DNA of 64,000 nt, taken from NCBI GenBank assembly GCA_963724765.1, contig CAVRVY010000001.1, positions 1,312,001 to 1,376,000 on the forward strand. The letters are read 5' to 3'. The DNA is from an uncultured delta proteobacterium. Its GTDB lineage: Bacteria; Desulfobacterota; Binatia; Binatales; Binataceae. Shown here one piece after another: positions 50,310 through 60,019 of the stretch (positions are counted from its first letter, which is position 1; each line of letters starts with the position of its first letter). The notes under the pieces are model-generated. The model saw nothing but the letters and a program-made list of their open reading frames with translations, had not been told where the DNA came from and made no database searches. The translations under genes were made by a program, and so were the position numbers.

Positions 50310-50762
50310 ATGCCGAAGAAAACAGTAGCCACGAACAGAAAAAAGTTTCTGGCCAAAATGCGCGAGCAACTGGGAGAGATGAAGACCAAGCTGCTCAGCG
50401 AGATCGATTCCGAGTTGCGAGCCGAGCGCGAGGGCAACAAGGACGAGGGCATGGATACCTACGACCTCGCCTCGGAAGAGCGCGATCGGGAGATCAATTT
50501 CATCCTGTCCGATCGTGAACGGGTGAAAATCAAGCAGGTCGATGACGCGCTCGGCCGGCTTGACGATGGCACTTACGGTGTGTGCGAGTCGTGCGGACTC
50601 GAGATCGCCGAGGAGCGTCTGCAGGCGCTGCCGTTTACGCGGCTTTGCCGCGACTGTCAGCAGGAGCAGGAAAAAGAGGCCAAGTCGCAACGCCGCTTCG
50701 ACGACGAGCGCAACACTTACCGCAAGCTTGGCTCGACCGATGCCGATGAAGAGAATCCGTAG
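50310..50762 (+). CDS. dksA: DksA/TraR-family C4 zinc-finger transcription factor
   Basis: Coiled-coil tip DTYDLA and YGVCESCG...ERL.ALPFTRLCRDCQ. Confidence 0.82.
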   Translation: MPKKTVATNRKKFLAKMREQLGEMKTKLLSEIDSELRAEREGNKDEGMDTYDLASEERDREINFILSDRERVKIKQVDDALGRLDDGTYGVCESCGLEIAEERLQALPFTRLCRDCQQEQEKEAKSQRRFDDERNTYRKLGSTDADEENP

Positions 50763-51026
50763 CCGGCCGAGCCTGCGGAAGTTGCGAGAATAAGCTTGAC
50801 GAGAGTACGCCTGCCGGTTGTAACGGAGATGCGCCAAGGCGCGCATCGACGAACGAAACCGCGAAAGCGTCTTTACCGCCGCCCGATCCATGGGCATTCT
50901 AATTCTCATAGCGGCGCGAATTGATGGCTGAACGCGAGGTGTGGTCCTCTGGCGTGCCGCGCGGAGATCGCGTGCGCCGGGCAAAGCGTGGGAACGCCCG
51001 GACGGTATCGATCTAAGAAGGTGTCA

Positions 51027-51977
51027 TTGACGACTAGAATCTTCTGCGCAGCGCGGCCGGAAAAGACGCCGGCCGGCGCTGGTGCAGACAATGGTGCGGC
51101 GGCCATCCTGAGGCTGCCCGACGTGCGCGCGGTGGTGGCGTTTGCCAGCGCCAAGGGCGGCGTCGGCAAGAGCGCCATCTGCGTGAACGTCGCGGCCGCC
51201 CTGGCGATGACCGGGCGCAAGGTCGCGATCATCGACGCCGACCTCAACTCGCCCAGCCTGCTCGGGATGCTAGGGTTAAAACCGCTTCGGCGGTTCTCGA
51301 CCGGTGAAGAGATCGATCCCGCTTCCGGTCCGTTGGGCGTCCGGGTCGTCGCTTCGAGCCAGCTCGCCGACGGCGAACCGGTGGCGTTCAGCTTCGTCGA
51401 AGACGAAGCTGCGCTGCCGCCGGCACCGTTGCACAACGGCGTGCGGCCACTCGAGATCGACCATCGTGCGGCGCTGCGCCGGCTGCTCGGAGCGCGCTTT
51501 GGCTTGCTCGACCTGATGCTCATCGATCTCGCCTCGGGGCTTTCGCCATTGCATGACCTGGCCGAAGTGATTGAGTTGACCGGGGTCGTGATGGTCACGC
51601 GTCCCTCCGAAGCCTGTGTGCGCGCGACCGATGCCGCGCTCAAGACTATCGTCCACGACGGGGTCCCGGTGCTCGGGCTGATCGAAAACATGCTCGGCTT
51701 CAACTGCGACAGTTGCCACACCGTGCGCCCGCTTTTTCCGCAGGGCGACTTCGCTGGCCTGGCGCATTCGGCCGAAGCGCAGATTCTCGGACGGCTTCCA
51801 TTCGACCCGCGGCTGGCGGATTGCGCCGAGCGCGGCGCGCTGTTCGTACGCGAGCATGCCGATGCGCCGATGTCCAAGCAGTTCGCGGTGATAGCCGCGA
51901 ATCTCGAGCAGGAGATCGCACGGCGCGCGGCAGCAGCAGCGGCGCCGCCGCCGCTTGTTACCGAAGAGCCTGCCTGA
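51027..51977 (+). CDS. Mrp/NBP35/ApbC-like P-loop ATPase (divergent)
   Basis: SAKGGVGKS, IIDAD, GLIENM, FNCDSC (CXXC), LGRLPFDP. The canonical DxPPGT is replaced by DLASGL. Confidence 0.82.
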   Translation: MTTRIFCAARPEKTPAGAGADNGAAAILRLPDVRAVVAFASAKGGVGKSAICVNVAAALAMTGRKVAIIDADLNSPSLLGMLGLKPLRRFSTGEEIDPASGPLGVRVVASSQLADGEPVAFSFVEDEAALPPAPLHNGVRPLEIDHRAALRRLLGARFGLLDLMLIDLASGLSPLHDLAEVIELTGVVMVTRPSEACVRATDAALKTIVHDGVPVLGLIENMLGFNCDSCHTVRPLFPQGDFAGLAHSAEAQILGRLPFDPRLADCAERGALFVREHADAPMSKQFAVIAANLEQEIARRAAAAAAPPPLVTEEPA

Positions 51978-52105
51978 GCGCACAGCCGCTTTTTGTGTGA
52001 TCCTGAGTCAGGCGAGTCTGCCTCTTGGTAAAGCTCTCTTCTTCAAAGGGGCCAGGGAACGATGATGGGTGGGGAGTTTTATTCAACCGAACTTGAAACT
52101 CAGGA

Positions 52106-53962
52106 CTAGCTCTCGTCGTTATCCGCGTCTGCGGTTTCGGTTATCGCGCGCGGCGCGGATGCGCTGCGGTGCGAGCACTCGAACATCCCGGCACCGACAA
52201 GATTTCCGACATGACCTCCGATACGAAAACTGGCGAATCCGAGCGAGGTCAGAATTCGACTTTGTGCGGGCCCCGGCCGCGAGAGCATCACGAAGCTCTG
52301 GACTTCGCCGTCGAGGCTGAGCGCTTGAGCGTCGCCGGCCGGCCGCAGTAGCGCGCTGATTCGATGCGGCGGGCGCCTGGGAGTTGCGGGCGTGAGTTCC
52401 AGCCGCTGGAGGCTCGCGTCGATCCATCGTCCGCGATCGAGGACGCGCGCGCTCGCGTTTTCGGCGCCGTCATCGCCGGTAAGCATTCGCGCCTCGACAA
52501 CGTGCCGAGACGCAGTGCCTGGAAAGGCGGCCCATATCATTCGCCGCTCTTTGAAAGTGCCGTTGCCGATCCCGATAAGCGAGCGACCCAGCCGGCCCAC
52601 GGCCTCAAGGCGATGTCTCGCTCCGGCTATCGAGAAGTGGCCGGTGACGCGGCCGAAAACGCCGTCGGCGGAGTGCTCCGCAGTGGTGATCAGTTCGATT
52701 AGCGTTTCGGTGCGCGATTTCAACGACGCGTGCGCCACCGGCCACACCTCGAACTCCGCGTGTAGCTCCATCGCTTCGTGCAGCGAGGCCTTTGCCAGCG
52801 CGCTCTCGACGCTCAGATACGCGGTGCCGTCTTCGACTACGACCGCCGGGCCTGTGAAATCGAAGCGTAGGCGCTCGCCCTCGATCCGCAATGCCAGCGG
52901 GCCAAGCGCCAGGCTTTGCGCCGTGCGTTCGACCCGTCCTTCGGCCGTGAAGAGCGCGATACGTTCGCGGCCCGTAACCGTCATCACGCGCGCACCCGCC
53001 GCGCCCGAGCCAAAATCGAAGCTCGCCATCGCACCCACCTGCGCCGACGAATCGTAAAACTCCAGTCCCACCCGAAGCGGCCCGGCGGAAGATTGCTGGG
53101 CACTGCGCCGGGGCGCTGATGAGGGCGGCTCGATGGTGCGGATGATCTCGATGCGGCTCGTGCGCTCGGTACGGCTTGTGCCGAACGCGTCGGCAGGCCG
53201 ATCGCATCGGGCGAACGATTCGGCGATCGCGGCGATGGTTTCGGTGCGGAAGCGGCCGGGCATCCGCAGCGCCACTGAAAGTTCGAGCTGCACCGCTTCC
53301 AGCGCGCCGCGCGCGTTGAGCGCGGCCAGGCGCTTGAGCGCGCCGACCGGGCTTGAAGCGTGACGTTGGGTGAACGCCTGGAGCAGATTGTTGGCGCCGG
53401 CGCCTGGATAGCGCAGGCCGAAGCTGGGCTTGATACCGCTGCGGCGGAGCGACTCGACGAAATCGAGCAGCGGCCCGTTGATAAAGCCGTCGCTGGCGGA
53501 GACGTGTGCGCCGCACGCCGGCAGCAGCGTCCCGCTGGCAGACTTGACGCCGACACCCAGGTCAACCCGGGGCTCGATGACGTTCCATCCGTGGATCACC
53601 AGCACCACCGCGCGTCCGCTGCGCGTCACGATTCGCTCCAGGCGCGCGGCAATAAGCTCGAGTATCCACGGCGCCTCGCTCATCACCTGGCTCAGGCGGT
53701 TGAGGTCGAGCCGGTTGCGATCCATCCCGGTATTGATGATCGCACCCGCGCCGAGGCGCCGCGCCAGCTCGCGCGTAATATCGGCAGTGTGCAGATCGTT
53801 GACCTTGGGATTGAGCGTCGCGCGCGTCGCCGGGCCGGCATGGCCGCCGTGAGGCGCGATCAGCAATACCGGCGCGTCGCCGTCGGGCCTCTGGAGCCAG
53901 CGCGCGCCTTTCGCCGCGGCGGCTTCGTCAAAGAGGCGCGACTTGGCCGTCGACCTTGCCAT
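52106..53962 (-). CDS. Hypothetical two-domain protein; N-terminus resembles the N-formylglutamate amidohydrolase / Zn-exopeptidase fold
   Basis: LLIAPHGG, ND..T, RNRLDLNR, VIHG, AVQLELS. The C-terminal half is beta-rich. It starts ~10 nt after the pcs-like stop. Confidence 0.55.
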   Translation of the reverse strand: MARSTAKSRLFDEAAAAKGARWLQRPDGDAPVLLIAPHGGHAGPATRATLNPKVNDLHTADITRELARRLGAGAIINTGMDRNRLDLNRLSQVMSEAPWILELIAARLERIVTRSGRAVVLVIHGWNVIEPRVDLGVGVKSASGTLLPACGAHVSASDGFINGPLLDFVESLRRSGIKPSFGLRYPGAGANNLLQAFTQRHASSPVGALKRLAALNARGALEAVQLELSVALRMPGRFRTETIAAIAESFARCDRPADAFGTSRTERTSRIEIIRTIEPPSSAPRRSAQQSSAGPLRVGLEFYDSSAQVGAMASFDFGSGAAGARVMTVTGRERIALFTAEGRVERTAQSLALGPLALRIEGERLRFDFTGPAVVVEDGTAYLSVESALAKASLHEAMELHAEFEVWPVAHASLKSRTETLIELITTAEHSADGVFGRVTGHFSIAGARHRLEAVGRLGRSLIGIGNGTFKERRMIWAAFPGTASRHVVEARMLTGDDGAENASARVLDRGRWIDASLQRLELTPATPRRPPHRISALLRPAGDAQALSLDGEVQSFVMLSRPGPAQSRILTSLGFASFRIGGHVGNLVGAGMFECSHRSASAPRAITETADADNDES

Positions 53963-53971
53963 CAACCTTCA

Positions 53972-54741
53972 TCATGCACCGCGCCGATAACGCCTGAGTT
54001 TCATCGCCGCGCGCGCGTGCAGGATAAACGAGGCGGCGAAGTAATAAGCGATGAACGACAGCGAGGCATAGAGCAGTAACGGGTTATGTCCGGGTAACGC
54101 GGGCAACATTGCGAGCGTGATTATCGCCCAGGCGATCGCAAGCGTGAGTGTCAGCGCGCGCAGCGGCCCGGTGCGATTGGGATAGATGTACTTAATCGGC
54201 ACGAACACCATCAGTGCGAATATCGCGACGATGATCGTGCCGGCGAGCGCTCCGAGTTCGAGACAATAGAGATAAAACGCGACCAGGTTCCAGTACGACG
54301 GGAAGCCGCGGAAGTAGTGATCGTCGGTCTTGGCTTCGATGTGGCAAAATCCGTAGCCGCTCGCAACCATCACGAAGCCGCCGACGATGTAACCGCCGAG
54401 GCCGGGCTCTAAAATTCCCGCACGCAGCATCAGGAAGACCGGCGCGAGCACGTAGGTCAGATAGTCGACGACATTGTCGAGCAAGGCGCCGTCGAAGTGG
54501 GGGATGCGCCGGCGCACCTCGAGCAGGCGGGCGAGCGGGCCGTCGCTGGAGTCGATTGCGGTCGCAACCGCCATCGCGATGAAGCTCGCGCGAAAATCGC
54601 CGCGCGCGGCGTAATCGATAGAGAGCAGGCCGGCTACAGCGCCGAGCGCGGTGTACAGGTGAACGCCCCAGGCGCAAAGCCGCAGCCAGCGCTCGCGCGC
54701 AAGGGCGGCGGCGTCGCGGCCCGCCCGCGCAACCGGCTCAC
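53972..54741 (-). CDS. pcs: Phosphatidylcholine synthase-like CDP-alcohol phosphatidyltransferase; probable frameshift just after the GTG start
   Basis: DSSDGPLAR...FDGALLDNVVDYLTY motif, KTDDHYFRGFPSYWN, FVPIKYIYP. The in-frame upstream AWGVHLYTALG matches the Pcs N-terminus. A GTGA overlap with the upstream stop needs one extra C. Confidence 0.75.
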
Positions 54742-55271
54742 TTGCCGGGCTTGTGATGGCGCGGTCCGAAGTAGTCCTCCAAAATCGTCATGAACGGGCC
54801 GCAGGTGCGGCGCCCCTTGACGTGCGCGCAGGCCTCGTCGAGCGACATTTCGCCGTGCGCGCGCAAGTAAGCGATCGCGAGTGTCGGCGCGCGATTGAGA
54901 CCGGCGTTGCAATGCAGGTAAACGCGCTCGCCGGCGCTGATGAGGCTTGCCAGCGCGGCGAGCGTATCGGCGAGCCGCTCGGCCATCGCGTCCGCGCTGC
55001 CATCCTGGATCTGCGTGCGAACGAATTTGATTCCGCTTAAGCGGCAGGCCTCGGCGAGCTCACGTTCGCCGAGTCCATTGAGCGCCAGATCCTCGTCATC
55101 CTGAAGATTGTGAATGGCGGTGACACCGAACTCCGATTTGAGCCAGGCGATGTCGTCCGGGCGGGGAAATTCGCCGACCAGGAGTCCCGGAAAAATTTCT
55201 GTCACCGACGGACGGCCGCGATTGTGCGCCACGTGGCTCTGATGATCGGGTCGTTTGCTGAACCAGTCCAT
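54738..55271 (-). CDS. Dual-specificity/PTP-type phosphatase (CX5R)
   Basis: VYLHCNAGLNRAPT, IQD acid loop, AYL...A...VKGRR. Confidence 0.88.
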   Translation of the reverse strand: MDWFSKRPDHQSHVAHNRGRPSVTEIFPGLLVGEFPRPDDIAWLKSEFGVTAIHNLQDDEDLALNGLGERELAEACRLSGIKFVRTQIQDGSADAMAERLADTLAALASLISAGERVYLHCNAGLNRAPTLAIAYLRAHGEMSLDEACAHVKGRRTCGPFMTILEDYFGPRHHKPGK

Positions 55272-55391
55272 CTTTTGTGAAGTGTGCGATCGCGACAGCC
55301 CGCTCCTGCGCGCCGCTAATTTTCATTTTAGCTCATCAGCCTGAGGCTCTAAACCTGGGAATCGCGGCGCTCGGTCAACCCCTTTGACTCC

Positions 55392-55476
55392 TTCCGTCGT
55401 CCTGAGCGAAGGCTGCCGGAGCGAAGGATCTCGCGCGGTCTTCCGCGCGTAATCCGCTACCTTCAGGATGACGGAA
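55392..55476. repeat. Palindromic intergenic element of the GTCATCCTGAGCGAAG...GGATGAC repeat type
   Basis: Arms TTCCGTCGTCCTGAG and TTCAGGATGACGGAA enclose GCGAAGG...GCGAAGGATCTC and an inner CGCGCGG/CCGCGCG hairpin. Confidence 0.6.
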
Positions 55477-55600
55477 CACGGCTTGTGCTGAACGCTTGTA
55501 TATCAATCTATAACTCAGCCCACTCGTGTCGCTCAGGTGCCAGGGTGGCCGGCGAGCAAACCCTGACGCCGGTGGCCTAGAGCGTCAGCGCATGCTGCGC

Positions 55601-58600
55601 TCAGCCCTTGGCGCGACGGCCGCCGCGCGCCGACGCGCGGCGCGGCCGATTCGCGGTGCGCGGCTCGTCGCCCGCCTCTCCAGCCGGCTGAGCGGTTTCC
55701 GCTGGGGCCACTGCGGTGCCGCCATCGTCGCTGTGCGCGCTATGCGCGCGCATGGAGCGCTTGGCCGCGCTGGACAGCGGCAGTCTCTCGCCCAGCGCCA
55801 GCACCGCCGCACGCATCGCGTCGGCGAGCTTGCGATAGGCGCCGGTGCCCTCGGCGTTGTCGGCGAGCGCGCGCAACTCGGCGTTGGTTATCACGCGGCC
55901 AATTCGGACTTCGACCGGGCGGCGATGCGGGATGATGCTGCCTTTGCCGAGAACCTCGTAAGTGCCGCTGATACGTACCGGCAGCACGTCGCATCCGCCG
56001 CGCAGCGCCAGGTAACCCGCGCCGCTTTTGAATTCGTGGATCGCGCCGTCGGGTGAGCGCGTGCCCTCGGGAAACATCAGGACGCTGCGCCCGGCATCAA
56101 GCTCGTCGATCGCGTCGTCGAGCGAGTCAAGCTGCGCGCGCTCGCGGTCGAACGGAATCAGGCGGGTGAAGTTGCTGACCACGAAGCGGCGCGCGTTGGT
56201 ATTGAAGAAATAATCCTTGGCGGCGAGCACGACCAGCTCGCGGCCCGGCGCGCCCAGCGCGTAGCTGGTGAGCGCGAAGTCGAGATGGCTCGCGTGATTG
56301 GCGACCACCAGGAAGTTGCGATTCGCCGGCACGTTGCCGCGGCCCAGCACGCGCGGCTGGAGCCAACCGTCAAACGCCATCCGCTGCGCCCCGCGAAACG
56401 CCGCTTCGCCCAGGCGCTTGAGCGCCCCCGGCAAGATCGGCGTGAACGGCTCGGCGAAGCGCGCGTATGACGGCAGCCGCGGGCGGTTCTGTCCCTGGCC
56501 CACGGCGCGTTGCAGATCGTCGACGGTGCGAAGGTCGCCTAGCTCCTCGGGGCTCAGCTCGCGCTCGGCGTGAGCCGCGATATGCTCGGCCAGTTCGGCC
56601 ATCGCCAGCGAGTCGAGTCCGAGGTCTTCGATAAGCCGGGTCGCGGGCGTGATGCTCTCGATGCCGCTGGAGACCTGGGCGAGCGCCTGGGCTAGCCACG
56701 GCTCGACCTCGGAGCTGACCGCCGCACGCTCCTGGGCGTGGCTCTCGAGCATCCGCGCGAGGATCCCGACGACTTCGAGGCGCTTGACCTTGCGCGTGCG
56801 GGTCCGCGGCAGCTCGGTGTCGGTGAAACGCAGGATGCGGATGCGTTTGTGCGGGCTGAGTCCCGCGCCCACCTTTTCGAAATGCGTACGCAGGTTGTCT
56901 TCCACGGCGCGACGGCTTTCACCGCGTGCGTAAGCCGGTACCACCAGCGCCGCGGCCTGCTCGCCCAGGGCAACCTTAAGCCCGACGATCGCAATCTCCT
57001 TGATATACGACGAGTGTCCGTAAACTTCTTCGAGTTCGTCGATATAAATATTGTTGCCGCCGGAGTCGACGATCACGTCCTTGGCGCGGCCAACGATGTA
57101 GAGCCGTCCGTCTTCGTCGAGGCGGCCGAGGTCTCCGGTGCGGAGCCACCCTTCGTGCAACACCTCGTCGGTGGCGGCTTTGTTGTGGTAGTAACCCGCC
57201 ATCACGTTCGGCCCGCGCGCCAGGATTTCGCCCACTGTGCCGTCGCCGCTGGAGGCGAGCTTGATTTCGACGCCATTGAGCGGCTTGCCGACCGACCCGG
57301 CGGCCATCGGTTCGTCCGGGCGCGCGACGCTCAGCACTGGCGCGGCCTCGGTCAGGCCGTAACCCTCGAGTAGCCGTATCCCGATGTCGTTGAAGAAGCT
57401 GGCTACGCGTTGCGGCAGCGCCGCGCCGCCGCTCACCGCGAGCCGCAGCCGCCCGCCAAGCGCGGTATGGGCCTGGCGGAAGAGCATCGCGCCGGCATTG
57501 AGACCCCATTCGCTGTCGAACCTGCGGTTGAGATCGCGCAGGCGATCGAACAACGCGTGGAGGAAGGGCCCTTGCGCCTCGACCCCGTCGACGATGCGGC
57601 GATGCACCGCCTCCCACAGCGCGGGCACGCCGACCACCGCGGTCGGCCGCACGTCGGCCAGCGTGCGCGCGAGGCTCGCGGCGTCCACGCCGAGCGGATA
57701 GACCACGGTCGCGCCGAGCGCGAGCGGCAACAGCATCCCGCACGTGAACTCGAAGGTGTGATGGAGCGGGAGCAGTGAGAGCACCACGTCGGAGGAATCG
57801 AGCGCAAAGACCCGCGCGAGCATCGCTACTTCGGCGGCGAAATTCCCATGCGTGAGCATCACGCCCTTGGGCGCGCCGGTGGTGCCGGAGGTAAAAACGA
57901 TGGAGGCGAGGGTCTTGCGCTCGGCGGCGGGCCGCGGGTCGGGCCGCCCTTTGAGCACGAAGGGACGGCTCAGCTCGGCGAACTCGAACTCGACGATCTC
58001 GCTGTTCAGCTCAGCCAGTGCGCCGCCCAGCCGCTTGGCGACGGCCGCCGAGCATAGCGCCGCAGCGGGCGTAGCGATGCGGCAGATGGGCGCCAGCTCT
58101 TCGGGCGAAATCAGATGGTCCAGCGGTACGGCGACCGCACCGGCGGCGAGAATCGAAAAATATGCGAGCACCCACTCGGGCGAGTTCTCGCCGATGAGCA
58201 GCACGCGGTCGCCCGTCTTGACCCCGCGCATCCCGAGCAACAGGCCGGCGCGATGCGCACCGTCGCGCAGCTCGCGGAAGGTGGACGTGATGCGCTCGCC
58301 CGAGGGTTGCCGCGCAACCAGCGCGGGCCGCGAGCCGTAGCGCTCAGCCGCGCGGTCCAGCATTTCGGCCAGGGTGCGATGGCGCGCCGGAGCGCTGGGG
58401 CGGCCGCGGGTATGCAGATCGAGCGAGCCGAAGATGTGCCGGCGCAGTCCCGGCAGATGCACGTTGATCCAGTAGTCCGCCCAATCGATTCGTTCGGGCG
58501 CGTAGGGATGATGCTCGGCGTCGGCACTCGCGAGCGATTTGTAGAGCGCGCGGATGTTGGTGCCGTGGAAGGTGTAGACGAGTTCCTGGATGTATGGGCG

Positions 58601-60019
58601 ATAGACCTCAACCAGCTCGCGCGCCATTGCGGTGTTGGCGCCAAACTTGTCGACGCTCTGCGCGAACTTTTTCGCGCGCTCGGAGTCCTCGCCAAGCAGC
58701 GTGCGCGCGGCGCCGGCGCCCTGCTTGAGCAACTCGGGCAGCGTCTGGCTCGCGAGCTCGTAAGTGCTCTGCGAGACGACCACCGCCTCCAGGTGCGGTG
58801 CAAAGCGGCCCATGGGACCGCCCACGCGGCGATGCTCGCGACGGTTGCTGAGCCCGGTCAGCTCGACCAGCCGGCGCATCGGCAACGGATTCACGTCGGA
58901 CGTGCAGAGCTGGTAGATGGGTTTGTGGCGTCCGGCGAGCAGTGCCGCGAGAATCGGGATCATCGCGTGCGCTGCAAGGTCGACCGGAATGACGTCGAGC
59001 ACCAGCTCGCCCTTGGCCGGGTACAGGCGATAACCGCGGCCGGAAAGATAAGTCAACGGAGCGCTGGTGTTGACGCCCTGGTTCCATCCGGGGAACGGGT
59101 CGCGGAGCGCGCTTTCGATGATCGAGGGGCGCGCCACCGTGGCGGCAATCGTGTCCTGCGCCGCGAACACCAGTTGCTCGCCGAGGCTCTTGCTGTAGCT
59201 GTAGGTGTTGGGCCATCCCCAGCGCCGCGCGCGCTCCAGGCCAATCTCCTTGAGCCGTTCTTCGACCCAGCGCTTGCGCCAGCGCTCGGCCGCCGCTTCG
59301 TGGACGTCGCCGCCGTCGGCGTCCGCATTGACCACGTGCAGCTCGTCGGCCTGGCGCGCCTGGTCGTGGGATTCCGCTTCCACGCGGGCGACCGCGGCGA
59401 GCGCGTCGCGGATTTCGCGCCGCAGCGTGAAATTGCGCCGGCCGTTGGGACACCAGTCGGTCGGTATGTCGTCCTCGAAACGATGGCCGTCCGCGTTGCC
59501 CGCGGCGTAGCAGGTCGAAACATGGAGCAGCGCGGCGCCGCGCTTGCGGCAGAACTCGATCACGTTGGCAACGCCGGTGGTGTTGACCGACAGCGACTTC
59601 TCCAGCGAGGCCTCGAAGTTGACCAGTCCCGCGCAATGCACCACCGCGTCGATCGCGCCGCGGCCCGGCGCCTCGCCCTCGGAGACCAGGTCGTCCTCGG
59701 TGATGTCGCCGCAGAGCACGGAAAGCTTTTCCTCGACGTAGCGGTCGAAGCGGTCGCCAAGGTGTTCGCGCAAAGGACCGAACACGGGCGAGTCGAGAAT
59801 TTCGCGGCGCAAGCGGCTGAGCGCGAGGCGGCGGTCGCCGCGGATGAGCAGGTAGATGCGCTCGATCTCGGGATGCCAGCGCAGGAGCAGCGAGAGGAAG
59901 ACCTTGCCGAGAAAGCCGGTCGCGCCGGTCAGCAGGATGCGGCGGTGGCGCAGCGTCTGTTCGAGCGGCGCCATCGCGGTGCGCGCGGCGCTGCCGTTAG
60001 TTCCATTGCTATTCGACAT
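55601..60019 (-). CDS. elbD: ElbD-like multifunctional enzyme: fatty acyl reductase, AMP-binding domain, carrier protein, PlsC acyltransferase
   Basis: FAR: LTGATGFLGK, HVSTCY, NTYSYSK, RPSIIES. Adenylation: FTSGTTGAPKG, GYGLTE, TGDLG. Carrier: LGLDSL. Acyltransferase: NHASHLD, FPEGTRS. 1472 aa. Confidence 0.85.
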   Translation of the reverse strand: MSNSNGTNGSAARTAMAPLEQTLRHRRILLTGATGFLGKVFLSLLLRWHPEIERIYLLIRGDRRLALSRLRREILDSPVFGPLREHLGDRFDRYVEEKLSVLCGDITEDDLVSEGEAPGRGAIDAVVHCAGLVNFEASLEKSLSVNTTGVANVIEFCRKRGAALLHVSTCYAAGNADGHRFEDDIPTDWCPNGRRNFTLRREIRDALAAVARVEAESHDQARQADELHVVNADADGGDVHEAAAERWRKRWVEERLKEIGLERARRWGWPNTYSYSKSLGEQLVFAAQDTIAATVARPSIIESALRDPFPGWNQGVNTSAPLTYLSGRGYRLYPAKGELVLDVIPVDLAAHAMIPILAALLAGRHKPIYQLCTSDVNPLPMRRLVELTGLSNRREHRRVGGPMGRFAPHLEAVVVSQSTYELASQTLPELLKQGAGAARTLLGEDSERAKKFAQSVDKFGANTAMARELVEVYRPYIQELVYTFHGTNIRALYKSLASADAEHHPYAPERIDWADYWINVHLPGLRRHIFGSLDLHTRGRPSAPARHRTLAEMLDRAAERYGSRPALVARQPSGERITSTFRELRDGAHRAGLLLGMRGVKTGDRVLLIGENSPEWVLAYFSILAAGAVAVPLDHLISPEELAPICRIATPAAALCSAAVAKRLGGALAELNSEIVEFEFAELSRPFVLKGRPDPRPAAERKTLASIVFTSGTTGAPKGVMLTHGNFAAEVAMLARVFALDSSDVVLSLLPLHHTFEFTCGMLLPLALGATVVYPLGVDAASLARTLADVRPTAVVGVPALWEAVHRRIVDGVEAQGPFLHALFDRLRDLNRRFDSEWGLNAGAMLFRQAHTALGGRLRLAVSGGAALPQRVASFFNDIGIRLLEGYGLTEAAPVLSVARPDEPMAAGSVGKPLNGVEIKLASSGDGTVGEILARGPNVMAGYYHNKAATDEVLHEGWLRTGDLGRLDEDGRLYIVGRAKDVIVDSGGNNIYIDELEEVYGHSSYIKEIAIVGLKVALGEQAAALVVPAYARGESRRAVEDNLRTHFEKVGAGLSPHKRIRILRFTDTELPRTRTRKVKRLEVVGILARMLESHAQERAAVSSEVEPWLAQALAQVSSGIESITPATRLIEDLGLDSLAMAELAEHIAAHAERELSPEELGDLRTVDDLQRAVGQGQNRPRLPSYARFAEPFTPILPGALKRLGEAAFRGAQRMAFDGWLQPRVLGRGNVPANRNFLVVANHASHLDFALTSYALGAPGRELVVLAAKDYFFNTNARRFVVSNFTRLIPFDRERAQLDSLDDAIDELDAGRSVLMFPEGTRSPDGAIHEFKSGAGYLALRGGCDVLPVRISGTYEVLGKGSIIPHRRPVEVRIGRVITNAELRALADNAEGTGAYRKLADAMRAAVLALGERLPLSSAAKRSMRAHSAHSDDGGTAVAPAETAQPAGEAGDEPRTANRPRRASARGGRRAKG

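Noticed and set aside
52002-52106. MITE bounded by TCCTGAGT/ACTCAGGA
   Set aside because: The inverted repeat is only 8 bp, with no target duplication and no second copy in the window.
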